A DNA stretch of 64,000 bases from an uncultured Verrucomicrobiota bacterium (GCA_903845125.1 CAIMWS010000521.1:7069-71068); one strand, 5' to 3'. Counted from the first letter of the stretch, positions 1 to 10,279 are shown. Translations and numbers: made by a program. Notes: generated from the letters alone by a model not told the origin.

Positions 1-1362
1 GAACTCTACGCTTTCGATGACATCCGGCTGGTGACGGGCTTGGCCATCCGGCCGGTTTTAGCCCCCAAGGATGAAATCGAAAAGCTGATCAAGATCCATT
101 ACGGCGTGGGCGGGGATACGGTTGATGAAATGGTCGGGGCCGATGGCTTGGAGTTGGTAACCGAAAACGCGGAATCCAGCGACGATCTCCTGGAAATGGC
201 CCAGGAAGCCAGCGTCATCAAGCTGGTCAATGAAATCATCGTCGAAGCGGTCAATGAGCGTGCCAGTGATATCCATATCGAGCCGTATGAGCACGAATTA
301 TCGATCCGTTACCGTATCGATGGTGTTTTGCAGGAAGCCAGCGTCCCCCCGCAAATCCACCGGTTTCAAGCGGCCATCATCAGCCGCCTTAAAATCCTTT
401 CGAATTTGAACATCGCCGAACGCCGGGTGCCCCAGGACGGCCGCATCAAATTCCAGGTTGGCGGACGCCAGATCGATGTGCGCGTGAGCGTGATCCCCAT
501 GCTCTTTGGCGAAGGCATTGTCATGCGCCTGCTCGATAAAGCCAACGTGCTTTACACATTGCCCCAGTTGGGCATGGAAGAGGACACTTTTGCCGATTTC
601 AAAGGGCTCATTGACCGTCCCCATGGCATCATCCTGGTGACCGGGCCGACCGGCAGTGGCAAAACCACTACGCTTTACGCGGCACTAAACGCCATCGTGG
701 GGCCGGAGATCAAAGTCCTGACCGTGGAAGACCCAGTGGAATATCACTTGGAAGGGGTCAACCAAATCCCCGTTGATAGCCACGTGGGCATGACTTTTGA
801 GCGCGGGCTGCGGGCGATTTTGCGTCACGATCCGGATGTGGTGATGATCGGTGAAATCCGCGATTTGGAAACCGCCCGGGCCGCCATCCAAGCCTCCCTT
901 ACCGGCCACCTCGTGCTTTCCACCCTTCACACCAACGATGCCGCTTCCGCTCCCACGCGTTTGATTGACATGGGGATTGAACCCTACCTGGTCAGCAGCA
1001 CCTTGATCGGCTCCATGGCCCAGCGCTTGGTGCGCCGCATCTGCTCGAAGTGCAAAGAACCGTTCACTCCTCCGCTCAATACGCTGCCGAAGGATTTGAA
1101 CGCCAAATCCGGGGACGTTTTCTACCGGGGCGCCGGGTGCGAATCATGCCGCAATATCGGCTTTCGCGGCCGTTCCGGAATTTATGAGCTGATGTTGATG
1201 AAGGATGAAATAGCGGACCTCATCATCCGCCGGGCGCCGGTGTATGAAATTGTGCAGGTCGCCCAGCGCAACGGCTTGCGCCTGCTGCGGGAAGATGGGT
1301 GGCTGAAAGTCCGCAAAGGGGCCACTACGCCCGATGAGGTCGTGAAATGCACGGCGGTTTAA
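1..1362 (+). CDS. gspE: Type II secretion / type IV pilus assembly ATPase (GspE/PilB family), 5' truncated by window edge
   Basis: Frame open from base 1; motifs ASDIHIEP, QDGRI, Walker A GPTGSGKTTT, TVEDPVE, LRHDPDVVMIGEIRD, GHLVLSTLHTN, tetracysteine CSKC...CESC. Confidence 0.92.
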   Translation, partial: ELYAFDDIRLVTGLAIRPVLAPKDEIEKLIKIHYGVGGDTVDEMVGADGLELVTENAESSDDLLEMAQEASVIKLVNEIIVEAVNERASDIHIEPYEHELSIRYRIDGVLQEASVPPQIHRFQAAIISRLKILSNLNIAERRVPQDGRIKFQVGGRQIDVRVSVIPMLFGEGIVMRLLDKANVLYTLPQLGMEEDTFADFKGLIDRPHGIILVTGPTGSGKTTTLYAALNAIVGPEIKVLTVEDPVEYHLEGVNQIPVDSHVGMTFERGLRAILRHDPDVVMIGEIRDLETARAAIQASLTGHLVLSTLHTNDAASAPTRLIDMGIEPYLVSSTLIGSMAQRLVRRICSKCKEPFTPPLNTLPKDLNAKSGDVFYRGAGCESCRNIGFRGRSGIYELMLMKDEIADLIIRRAPVYEIVQVAQRNGLRLLREDGWLKVRKGATTPDEVVKCTAV

Positions 1363-1380
1363 GCGCTGGCTGGGCTGGGC

Positions 1381-2583
1381 ATGGGTGAGTTTTTTTACAC
1401 GGCCAAAACTGCCGGGGGCGAAAATGTCACCGGCACGATCACCGCGGAAAATGAAGCGGGGGTGCTGCGCATACTGGACGAAAAAAGCCTTTTCCCCATC
1501 TCGGTGGTGGACAAGTCGGAAGGGGTTCGCGAACAGGCCGCCAAAAGGCGGGTTCGCACTCGTGATATTGGGATCATGTATGGCCAATTGGCTGACTTGA
1601 TCGGTTCCGGGGTGCCACTTTTGCGCGCGTTGGATTCCCTGATCCGCTCCACCGTCAACCGCCGCCTCTCCCAATTGCTGAAAGAAATCCGGGCCGCGGT
1701 CGCCGATGGAAAATCGCTCACCGAAGCCTTCCGGCAATTCCCGGAAGTCTTCCCCCCGCTGCACACCACCATGGTCCAGGCAGGCGAGCGCGCCAGCTTC
1801 CTGGAAGATGTGCTGCGCAGCCTGTCCGGTTTCCTGGAGCGTTTGGATGAACTGCGCAGCAAGGTCATCGGCTCCATGATTTATCCGATTATTCTTTCGG
1901 CGGTGGGCCTGGTGGTGCTCGTGGGAGCGTTGCTGTTTTTCGTACCGCGCTTTGAACCGTTGCTGGCGAACACTAAAATGCTGCTTCCCACCGAAGTGGT
2001 GTTCCTCATGAGTCGCGCTTTGCGCCTTTTCTGGCCCGTGCTCCTGATCGCCGGTGGCGGAGGCACCGCGCTTTTGTGGGGCAGCCTGAAAAGTGTCGCT
2101 GGCAAACGCTTCATTGAGCGGTGGCGCCTCAAAATCCCGGTCGTGGGAACCGCCATGCGCATGGTGGCCATTTCGCGATTCTGCCGCATCCTGGGCACCA
2201 TGCTGGCCAACGGCGTGCCCCTCCTGCAAGCCCTCGCCATCAGCAAGGATGCCACCGGCTCCACGCTCCTGGCTGATTTGATCGCCCAGGCCGCGGAGAA
2301 TGTCCGCGAAGGAAAACCGCTGACCGAACCACTGCGGGAAGGGGGGCTGTTCCCGGACCAGATCCTGGCGATGATCGCCGTGGCGGAAGAATCCAACCGA
2401 CTGGACAAAGTCTTGGTGAATATTTCCGACACTGTGGAAAGACGGACCAACCGCCAGGTGGATCAAGCGGTGCGCCTGGTGGAGCCGTTGATTTTGTGCG
2501 CCGTAGCCGTGGCCATAGGCTTCCTGGCCCTCGGCTTGCTGCTGCCCATTTTCACCATGGCCAGCACCTTGGGCAGCCGGTGA
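1381..2583 (+). CDS. gspF: Type II secretion system F / PilC inner-membrane platform protein
   Basis: Two GspF repeats (GSGVPLLRAL...AGERAS; NGVPLLQAL...AEESNRL), MIYP motif, TM helices; 18 bp downstream of the ATPase. Confidence 0.9.
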   Translation: MGEFFYTAKTAGGENVTGTITAENEAGVLRILDEKSLFPISVVDKSEGVREQAAKRRVRTRDIGIMYGQLADLIGSGVPLLRALDSLIRSTVNRRLSQLLKEIRAAVADGKSLTEAFRQFPEVFPPLHTTMVQAGERASFLEDVLRSLSGFLERLDELRSKVIGSMIYPIILSAVGLVVLVGALLFFVPRFEPLLANTKMLLPTEVVFLMSRALRLFWPVLLIAGGGGTALLWGSLKSVAGKRFIERWRLKIPVVGTAMRMVAISRFCRILGTMLANGVPLLQALAISKDATGSTLLADLIAQAAENVREGKPLTEPLREGGLFPDQILAMIAVAEESNRLDKVLVNISDTVERRTNRQVDQAVRLVEPLILCAVAVAIGFLALGLLLPIFTMASTLGSR

Positions 2584-2706
2584 GGTGTTTTACCTCCTCC
2601 CGATCGTCTCCCGGCGGGCCGTTTGGCCCCTCGCCAGAAAACCAGTTGCCAACCCCTAAATTTGGCATTGTAATTCCCGGCAAAAAGGCGAGAATCACCC
2701 TCATAC

Positions 2707-4059
2707 ATGAACAAAAACACCCAACTTCGGTCGCGCCGATCTTTCCTCCGCACGGTGACTGCCAGTGCGGGATCGGCCGTTGTCTTGCCCACCTTCCTGC
2801 CCCTGCGGGTGCTTGGAGCACCTGGACAACCGGGCGCTAATGAGCGGGTGACGGTGGCCCACATCGGTGTGGGCGGCATGGGCAGCGGCCATTTGGGATA
2901 TATGCTGGCCAAACGTTCCCGGGGTGAGGTGAACATCGCGGCGGTGTGCGATGTCGATTCCAAGCGCCGGGCCAGTGCCGCCCAATCGGTGGGCGGCAAT
3001 GTCCAAGCCTGCCTGGATTACCGCACCGTCCTGGACCGCAAGGATGTGGACGCCGTGGTAATTGCCACGCCGGACCACTGGCATGCCGTTCAAACGGTCC
3101 ACGCGGCGGAAAGCGGCAAACATGTTTACGTGGAGAAACCAGCGTGCTGCACCGTCGAGGAAGGCAAAGCCATGGTGGCGGCGGGACGGAAGCACAAGAT
3201 TGCCATTCAAATCGGCTCCCAAGGCCGTTCCCAGCCGGAGGCCTATAAAGCCCACTTGTATATCGCCAACGGTATGCTGGGGAAGGTCCGCAAGGTAACC
3301 TGCTGGCACTATGCCAGTCCGTCCGATGACCGGCCGGTGCCAGATTCCGCCCCACCGCCGGAACTGGACTGGGATCTCTGGTTGGGTCCCCTCCCCTGGC
3401 GCCCTTACAATAAGAAATATTGTCATGGCACGTTCCGCTGGCTCATGGAGTCGGGTGGCGGCCAGATCCGGGATCGCGGCGCCCATGTCATGAGCAATGC
3501 GCTGTATTTCATGAACGCGGATCACACCGGCCCGGTAACCATCGAAGCCACCGGCACCGTGCCCACCAAAGGATTATGGGATAGCGCCATCACCATGAAC
3601 GTGGTGTATGAATTCAAGAATCCCGATTGGACCCTGGTCTGGAGCCAACCGGGAGAAAAGATCCCCTATTTCGACGAGGAAAAACGCAAGAACCTGGGGA
3701 TCCGCGATGGTTACGGTGCGGTTTACCAGGGGGACCAGGATAAGCTCGTCGTGTGGGTAGGCGACGGCCAGGTTTTTACTGAGACCAAGGCTCTTGAATT
3801 CAAGGTGCCTGCGGGCGGCGTGGAGGTTTACAAAAGCCCGGGTCATCATGAGGATTGGTTCCGCGGCATTAAAACCGGCCGGAAAACCATTATGAACATC
3901 GAGGCGGGGGTGGCCACCGCCTTCCTGACGGTGCTGGGGAATTTATCCCTGCTGCTCGGCCGGAAATTGCATTGGGATCCCATCCGCCAGGAGATTATCG
4001 GCGATCCCCAAGCCAGCCGTTTGCTGTGCCGCCCGCAGCGTTACCCTTATTGCCTATAG
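2707..4059 (+). CDS. Tat-exported Gfo/Idh/MocA family NAD(P) oxidoreductase
   Basis: SRRSFLR twin-arginine signal; IGVGGMG Rossmann motif; ATPDHWH, YVEKP, LDWDLWLGP, DRGAH. Confidence 0.9.
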   Translation: MNKNTQLRSRRSFLRTVTASAGSAVVLPTFLPLRVLGAPGQPGANERVTVAHIGVGGMGSGHLGYMLAKRSRGEVNIAAVCDVDSKRRASAAQSVGGNVQACLDYRTVLDRKDVDAVVIATPDHWHAVQTVHAAESGKHVYVEKPACCTVEEGKAMVAAGRKHKIAIQIGSQGRSQPEAYKAHLYIANGMLGKVRKVTCWHYASPSDDRPVPDSAPPPELDWDLWLGPLPWRPYNKKYCHGTFRWLMESGGGQIRDRGAHVMSNALYFMNADHTGPVTIEATGTVPTKGLWDSAITMNVVYEFKNPDWTLVWSQPGEKIPYFDEEKRKNLGIRDGYGAVYQGDQDKLVVWVGDGQVFTETKALEFKVPAGGVEVYKSPGHHEDWFRGIKTGRKTIMNIEAGVATAFLTVLGNLSLLLGRKLHWDPIRQEIIGDPQASRLLCRPQRYPYCL

Positions 4060-4096
4060 CCCAACGTCTTTCAGCAATTTATTTAAATTAATAATT

Positions 4097-4708
4097 ATGA
4101 ACCAAAACACATCTCCAGTTGTAACCGCCGCCGCCACGCTGGCAGTCGGTGCCGCGTTAAATCAAGCATCCGCCGCCTCGGTGAGCGATTTGGTGGAGCA
4201 GCTCAAGAGCAAGGACGACCAGGTGCGAGGCAAAGCCTGGCAGGCTGCGGGTCCTTGTGGGGCGCCCGCCGTCAAACCCCTGGCCGAATTAATGGAGGAT
4301 GCCGACATGGAAACCGCCCGCTCTGCCAAACGCGCCATTTATCAGATCATCCGCTTCGCCGGGCGGCCGGGAGCCGAGGAGGAGGCCCGGGCGGTGGAAA
4401 CCGAGTTGATTTCCAGGCTGCAAAACCCGAAACCCTCCATCCGCCGGGAAATCCTGTGGATGATTTCTGAAATTGGCGGAGACAATTCGGTGGAGCCGGC
4501 AGCGGCCCTGTTAAAGGATGCGGAAGTGCGCGAGGACGCCCGCTGTGCGCTCCAGCGCATACCGGGTGCGAAATCACTTCGCGCCCTGAAAACGGCTTTG
4601 ACCGAGGTGCCTGAGGATTTCCGCTTCAACATAGCCGATTCTTTGCGCAAGCGTGGCGAACCAATCACCGATTACCCCAGCAAAAAACTGGTTCCCACTA
4701 AATCTTGA
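4097..4708 (+). CDS. HEAT-repeat (PBS-lyase-like) protein, probably secreted
   Basis: Ala-rich N-terminal signal-like segment; repeated LxDxD..VR..A..AL helical pairs. Confidence 0.7.
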   Translation: MNQNTSPVVTAAATLAVGAALNQASAASVSDLVEQLKSKDDQVRGKAWQAAGPCGAPAVKPLAELMEDADMETARSAKRAIYQIIRFAGRPGAEEEARAVETELISRLQNPKPSIRREILWMISEIGGDNSVEPAAALLKDAEVREDARCALQRIPGAKSLRALKTALTEVPEDFRFNIADSLRKRGEPITDYPSKKLVPTKS

Positions 4709-4720
4709 GGTTTCCAGTGC

Positions 4721-4747
4721 GCGCGGATTTTCCGCGCCCGGCTTTTT
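4721..4747 (+). terminator. Possible intrinsic terminator after the HEAT gene
   Basis: GCGCGGA-ttt-TCCGCGC stem, then ccggc and TTTTT. Confidence 0.35.
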
Positions 4748-4837
4748 CATCATGTGCCAGGCTGATTTCAGGCCCGCGTCCTGCCTGGCATGTGGTTTCT
4801 TCTCGGTTAAAAAACTCCGGGGCCAAAGAAAGGATTA

Positions 4838-7807
4838 ATGTTTGTGCAAACCAACTTATTCGCCAAAACTTGGCTTTGCCTTCCCTATCTGTGTTTTGGT
4901 TTGGGATTGAATTTTGTCGCCACCGCAGAACCAACCACCACCAAGGTGAACACTCAAGTTCCCTGGCAATCTTATGTGGAATCCAACTGGCTGTCGGAAG
5001 AATCCGTTTCCATTTCGCTGGCTCAGAGTCCGGCACTGACCCCTTCCGATGATGCGGCAGGCGGCTGCGACGGAGTGGTGAATGGCACTTGGGGGTTTCA
5101 TACCGGGTTCGCCGCCAATCCATGGTGGCAGGTGGACTTGGGCCGCACCATCGCCTTGGACCGCGTGATGATTTGGAACCGGCCCCAGGCACCGGAGCGT
5201 TCAGCCCACCTCCAGGTTTTACTTTCGGAAGATGGCACCCATTGGCAGAAGGCCTATCAGCATAATGGCACCATTTTTCTTGGTTTCGGAGACCGCAAGC
5301 CCTTGACCATCCCCCTGCGCAATCAATCTGCCCGCCTGGTCCGGATTCAATTGCCGGGCGAAAACTACCTTCATTTGGAGGAGGTGGAAGTGTATGGTCC
5401 AGCTGATCCCAAAAAGAACCTGGCGCTCAATCGGCCAGCCAGTCAGATCAGCTTATCCCAATGGTCCCGGGACCACCGCGCTCCCACGGAACCGGATTGG
5501 AACCAATCTGCCCGCAAGGTTCTCACTTATTGCCAGCGCCGCGCAGGTGAGTTGCGGGATGCCGGCGTGGACACCTCAAAAGAAATACAGGAGATCAAAG
5601 CCTTGGCGGCCAGGCTCGCACCAAGCCCATCCACCTCCAATCACCCGGCCCGATACCTCGAAGCGCGGAGGATTCAGCGCCGACTGGCTTTGGCCAATCC
5701 GCTCCTCGATTTTGAAACGCTTTTGTTCACCAAGCGTATTCCACCCAGTTTTAACCACATGTCGGACCAGTATTACGGTTGGTGGTCCAAACCGGGCGGT
5801 GGCATTTATCTGCTGCGTAATTTCAAGGGGCAGGATGCGCCAGTCGAGACCTGTATCACCACCTCGTTCCAGGCTGCTGGCAGTTTTTTGCGCCCCACCC
5901 TATCTTACGACGCGCAAAAAGTGCTCTTCGCCTGGTGCAAATATTATCCCAGCCTGGCGGCGGAACCCAACAAGCTGAACAAAGCCAATGTGCCGGAGGA
6001 TGCCTTTTATCACCTGTTCGAAATGAATCTCGACGGTTCCAACGTCCGCCGGCTGACCCATGGTAAATACGACAATTTCGACGGGCGTTACCTGCCGGAT
6101 GGCCGGATCGTTTTCTTATCCACCCGGCGGGGCCAGTCCATACAGGCTGGACGCGACTCGGCGATTCAAACGCAGGCTCAAAGCGACCTGCCCGACATCT
6201 ATGTCCGGTGCGGCGGCGGCCCCGAGCGGCCGGTGGCCGTTTACACCTTGCATACCATGGATGCCAGCGGCGGCAACTTGTGCGCCATTTCACCATTCGA
6301 GATGTTCGAGTGGACCCCGGAAATCGCCCAGGATGGCTCGATAATTTATTCCCGGTGGGATTACATTGACCGGGATAATATGCCCTACATGGGCTTGTGG
6401 GCCACCGGACCGGATGGAGCCAATCCCCGCCTGGTCTATAAAAATTACACCAAAGCGCCGCATTGTGTTTTTGAAGCCAAACCGGTCCCCAATTCCCACA
6501 AGCTGGTATTCACCGCTTCCGCGCACCATTCCCAAACCATGGGCAGTTTGGTGCTGCTGGATCCCAGCGCCGGCAATGAAGGAGCCTCTCCGATCACCCG
6601 TTTGACCCCGGAAATCCCCTTTCCGGAAATCGAGGAATGGCCCAAAACTTATTATACCAGCCCGTGGCCCCTTTCCGAACGTTTCCACTTGGTGGCCTGG
6701 GGCAGCGAGGGCGCCACGGTTGCGGGTCCGGCGGGCTGGGATCGCTGGCACGCAGTCCAGCGTCCCGCTAATGGCATGTCCCTTTATCTCCTCGACGCGG
6801 GTGGCAATCGGGAATTGCTCACTGCCGATCTTCAGTTTTCATGCACGGATCCCATGCCGGTGCGGTCCCGTCCCCTGCCCCCGGCGATGGCCAGCCCGGT
6901 CCACTGGGATCAAAACAAGGAAGGCCGTTTTCTGTTATCGGATGTTTACCAGGGTCTCAAAACGGTGCGCCGCGGTGACATCAAGGCCTTGCGACTGATC
7001 GCCATCCCCCCTAAAACTCATCCCACCATGAATGCCCCCAACCTGGGTTTGACCGCTGACGATCCCGGGAAATGCGTATTAGGCACCGTTCCGGTGGAGG
7101 CAGACGGCTCGGCTTATTTCCGTGCGCCAGCAGGCGTGATTCTATTCTTCCAAGCCCTCGATGCCCGGGGTATCGCCCTGCAAACCATGCGCTCCGTGGC
7201 CCATGTTCAACCCGGCCAGACCGTCGGTTGCGTTGGCTGCCATGAAAACCGTGCCTATGCCCCTCCGCAAAAGCCGCTCCTGGCCATGGCTCGAGCCCCT
7301 TCCCGCATCGAAATCGGCCCTTCCGGATCATGGCCATTTCGTTTTGACCAATTGGTCCAACCGGTGCTCGATAAGTCGTGCGTTTCCTGCCATAATCCTG
7401 GCAGTGCTGATAAATTAGCCGCCAAATTTGATCTCCGCCCGGTCAAAGCCTACGAAACGCTCGTCCGCTTTGGCAAAACGAGTCTTTCCTCCCAAGTGTT
7501 GGCAGGCTATCGCCGCGGCTACTCGATCGAGCGGGATGGCATCGCTGATCGCAGCGAATTGCTGGCGGTGCTGACCAATCCTCAAGGCCATCATGGTCTC
7601 CAACTGGGCCCCGACGCCATCGAACGAATGATTGTCTGGATGGATGCCTATGCCCAGCGCCTCGGGTCGTTCAGCGCAGACCAGGAGCAACGGATGATTC
7701 AACTCCGCCTGGCCAACCGCGACCTTTTCCTGGATCGCACGCTGGAAACAAAAAATCCCAGCCGCCATATTCCGTTGGCCGCCAACGGGATTCCGGGGCT
7801 GCCCTGA
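4838..7807 (+). CDS. Secreted HzsA-related (hydrazine synthase alpha middle-domain) di-heme c protein with N-terminal F5/8 type C (discoidin) domain
   Basis: F5/8C motifs FHT...NPWWQVDLG..IWNR; TolB-like propeller (YHLFEMNLDGSNVRRLT, YLPDGRIVFLSTR, IIYSRWDYID); LGTVPVEADGSAYFRAPA..FFQALD..QTMRS..QPGQTVGCVGCHE; second CxxCH in VQPVLDKSCVSCH. Confidence 0.78.
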   Translation: MFVQTNLFAKTWLCLPYLCFGLGLNFVATAEPTTTKVNTQVPWQSYVESNWLSEESVSISLAQSPALTPSDDAAGGCDGVVNGTWGFHTGFAANPWWQVDLGRTIALDRVMIWNRPQAPERSAHLQVLLSEDGTHWQKAYQHNGTIFLGFGDRKPLTIPLRNQSARLVRIQLPGENYLHLEEVEVYGPADPKKNLALNRPASQISLSQWSRDHRAPTEPDWNQSARKVLTYCQRRAGELRDAGVDTSKEIQEIKALAARLAPSPSTSNHPARYLEARRIQRRLALANPLLDFETLLFTKRIPPSFNHMSDQYYGWWSKPGGGIYLLRNFKGQDAPVETCITTSFQAAGSFLRPTLSYDAQKVLFAWCKYYPSLAAEPNKLNKANVPEDAFYHLFEMNLDGSNVRRLTHGKYDNFDGRYLPDGRIVFLSTRRGQSIQAGRDSAIQTQAQSDLPDIYVRCGGGPERPVAVYTLHTMDASGGNLCAISPFEMFEWTPEIAQDGSIIYSRWDYIDRDNMPYMGLWATGPDGANPRLVYKNYTKAPHCVFEAKPVPNSHKLVFTASAHHSQTMGSLVLLDPSAGNEGASPITRLTPEIPFPEIEEWPKTYYTSPWPLSERFHLVAWGSEGATVAGPAGWDRWHAVQRPANGMSLYLLDAGGNRELLTADLQFSCTDPMPVRSRPLPPAMASPVHWDQNKEGRFLLSDVYQGLKTVRRGDIKALRLIAIPPKTHPTMNAPNLGLTADDPGKCVLGTVPVEADGSAYFRAPAGVILFFQALDARGIALQTMRSVAHVQPGQTVGCVGCHENRAYAPPQKPLLAMARAPSRIEIGPSGSWPFRFDQLVQPVLDKSCVSCHNPGSADKLAAKFDLRPVKAYETLVRFGKTSLSSQVLAGYRRGYSIERDGIADRSELLAVLTNPQGHHGLQLGPDAIERMIVWMDAYAQRLGSFSADQEQRMIQLRLANRDLFLDRTLETKNPSRHIPLAANGIPGLP

Positions 7808-8024
7808 CCTCCGTAGTGCAGGGAAAAATCAACGCAAAACCCGCTGGAGCTTGATGGGTTCCAGTGGAGTTATTCATATGCTTTGAACGTCACCGAGCGG
7901 AGACTTCAAAAGCCAGCCAACAAGAAACCATTACCCCCGGTCAAATCGTCGTGATCCAGCATCCCCAAAGGCTGCAAGAAACAAAACCGAGTGAGCCGGA
8001 CTGACCTGGTTAAATAATTACCGC

Positions 8025-8747
8025 TTAGGCTTGGTTGACGCGGTTACCGTTAAGCTGGGAAAAAGGATTGTTGGCAAAATTCCCCTTTGCCGGTGCTGCT
8101 GATGCACCATCGGTCTCGTCATTATCATCCGCAGAATCATCCCCCTTATTTCGTTCGTGAGCTGCGCTTGGGGAGGGATTGGGATTCTTTGCCCGTTTAT
8201 TGCGGGGAAGCGGGCTCAGCATCACGTTGATCCCCCGGCCAATCAACTTGGGCGGAGCATCGGGGTGGGCAAAAGGAGCCACTTCTTTGACGAATTTCTC
8301 CACGGTCTGAAATCCGTACTGCTGGTGCGCCATTTCCCGGCCTCGAAAACGCAGGGTCACTTTGACCTTCATTTCCTCGCAAAGGAAATCGATCGCGTGA
8401 CTCAGCTTTACGGTAAAATCATGCGGATCAATGGTTGGACTGAGCTGGACTTCCTTTACCTTGTTGGCGTGCTGGTGCTTGCGGGATTCCTTTTCCTTTT
8501 TGGATAATTCATACCGGTATTTCCCGTAATCCACCAATCGACAGACCGGAGGCGTGGCATTCGGCGCGATTTCCACCAAGTCCACCCCCAGATTGCGTGC
8601 CATCGCCAGCGCCTCGTTGACCGGGAGAACTCCCAATTGGTTTCCTTCCGGGCCAATCACCCGTACCTCACGCGCACGGATCTTGTTATTTACCCGAACT
8701 TGTTGTGATGAAGGAAATGACCGTTTTGAAGGAGGAGGCTGACTCAA
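8025..8747 (-). CDS. infC: Translation initiation factor IF-3
   Basis: RVNNKIRAREVRVI, DLVEIAPNATPPVCRLVDYGKYRYE, VKVTLRFRGRE; TTG start 6 nt after GGAGG. Confidence 0.95.
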   Translation of the reverse strand: MSQPPPSKRSFPSSQQVRVNNKIRAREVRVIGPEGNQLGVLPVNEALAMARNLGVDLVEIAPNATPPVCRLVDYGKYRYELSKKEKESRKHQHANKVKEVQLSPTIDPHDFTVKLSHAIDFLCEEMKVKVTLRFRGREMAHQQYGFQTVEKFVKEVAPFAHPDAPPKLIGRGINVMLSPLPRNKRAKNPNPSPSAAHERNKGDDSADDNDETDGASAAPAKGNFANNPFSQLNGNRVNQA

Positions 8748-9037
8748 AGGGTGCCTCCCTTTTGAGGTTCATTCATGCATCTCATGCATCTATAAATTGA
8801 TTCTATCACTGATTAGCGACCGATTTTTAAGCAATATATTGCTCGCACCAGATTGCTGCAAGCAAATTAATTACCAACACAAAAGAGAGGCCCTGCCTTG
8901 GCTCATAAAAACGGCTCGGTGAAGCTTGACGCCCCCAAGATCTGATTTCAAGATGCTGGCGGTGTGCTTCAAGAAATGAGCCCATGATCGTTCAATTCTT
9001 GATTGATCCCAAAAATGAGGAATAGGAACCATCGGCA

Positions 9038-10147
9038 ATGGCCCGGCTCAACCCAAAATTAATTTCAACCTCCGGTCATTTGGCGGAATCGGATGGCCAC
9101 CGGCCATATCGTGAACCGCCACCTCCGCCATCCCGTGACCAGCCAACGGCCTTGAAGCCCCCATTGGCCAAGCCGTTTCCCCGTTTCCCCAACTGGCTTT
9201 GCTTATTGCTCCTCTGGATGCAGATCCTGGCGACCGTTGATTCTGAACCCAAGGCCTCCGAAGCCACCATGAAAAAATTGGAAACCATTTCTCTGGGCCC
9301 ATCCTCCAAGGAAGCGGTGTCCACCGTTCGCCATTTGCTGCGTGAACCGACCCGGATTATTTTGGCCCTCCGATTGAACGGCACCAATCTTTCAGACACC
9401 CTCAACCTGGTGGCCGTTCTGGGAGCATCCCGGGATTCCCGAGCCGCAGCTCTTCTTCAGCCGCTGATCCAGGATCCCGCCCGCGATCCTGTGTTGCGGA
9501 AGCAGGTTATTAAAGCACTGGCCAAAACCTCAACTGGCGCCCGGATGATTCTGGCGGCAGCCAATGATGGAGATTGGCCGGCGGACTTGAACTTGGTGGC
9601 GGCGATGGAACTGGCCGATTCCCGGTCGTCCCGGATCAGACAATGGGCTGAAGCCATTCTCCCCTACCCTTATGGAGCTCAAGGAGAGCCGATCCTGGGT
9701 TGGAACCGGCTGGCCAAGTTCAAGCCGGATCCCGGGAATGGCTGGCTGGTTTTCCAGCGGCCCGAATCAGGCTGTCTGAAATGCCATCAAATGAATGGCC
9801 AAGGCCGCAATGTAGGTCCAGACCTGAACGATGTCGGGCGCCGCCTGGATCGGGAAGGCCTGCTGGAGGCGATTCTGGCGCCCAGCGCCAGCGTGGCCTA
9901 TGGCTATGAGGCCTGCCTCGTTCAACTGAATTCCGGGGAGGAGTTTTATGGGTTGATTGCCCATGAAACACCCACCGCCCTGATCGGCAAGGACACCATC
10001 GGCCGACTGGTTTCCCTGGCCAAAACGGACATTTTCGAAAACCGCGCGCTAAAAACCTCCCTGATGCCCTCCGACTTGCAGATCACCATGACGGCCCAGG
10101 AATTGGTGGATTTGTTGGAATTCCTGGCCCTCTCGAAACAGCGTTGA
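9038..10147 (+). CDS. HEAT + monoheme cytochrome c protein (PVC-type putative heme-binding domain)
   Basis: CLKCH followed by VGPDL..VG....LLEAILAPSA..GY and SLMP; start uncertain. Confidence 0.72.
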   Translation: MARLNPKLISTSGHLAESDGHRPYREPPPPPSRDQPTALKPPLAKPFPRFPNWLCLLLLWMQILATVDSEPKASEATMKKLETISLGPSSKEAVSTVRHLLREPTRIILALRLNGTNLSDTLNLVAVLGASRDSRAAALLQPLIQDPARDPVLRKQVIKALAKTSTGARMILAAANDGDWPADLNLVAAMELADSRSSRIRQWAEAILPYPYGAQGEPILGWNRLAKFKPDPGNGWLVFQRPESGCLKCHQMNGQGRNVGPDLNDVGRRLDREGLLEAILAPSASVAYGYEACLVQLNSGEEFYGLIAHETPTALIGKDTIGRLVSLAKTDIFENRALKTSLMPSDLQITMTAQELVDLLEFLALSKQR

Positions 10148-10236
10148 TGGTTTTCCGGCACGCTCTTCGTTCCACATCCTCGGAAATGACCGGGATTAGC
10201 CGCTTACCGGCCAGGCCATGGGAATTTGAATAATTA

Positions 10237-10264
10237 TTGACAGAATTGAATGAAACTGTGAAAT
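10237..10264 (+). promoter_or_regulatory. Possible sigma70 promoter of alr
   Basis: Perfect TTGACA at 10237-10242 in an AT-rich gap; weak -10 TGAAAT at 16 bp spacing. Confidence 0.35.
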
Positions 10265-10279
10265 CGAAGTTCGTAGAAC

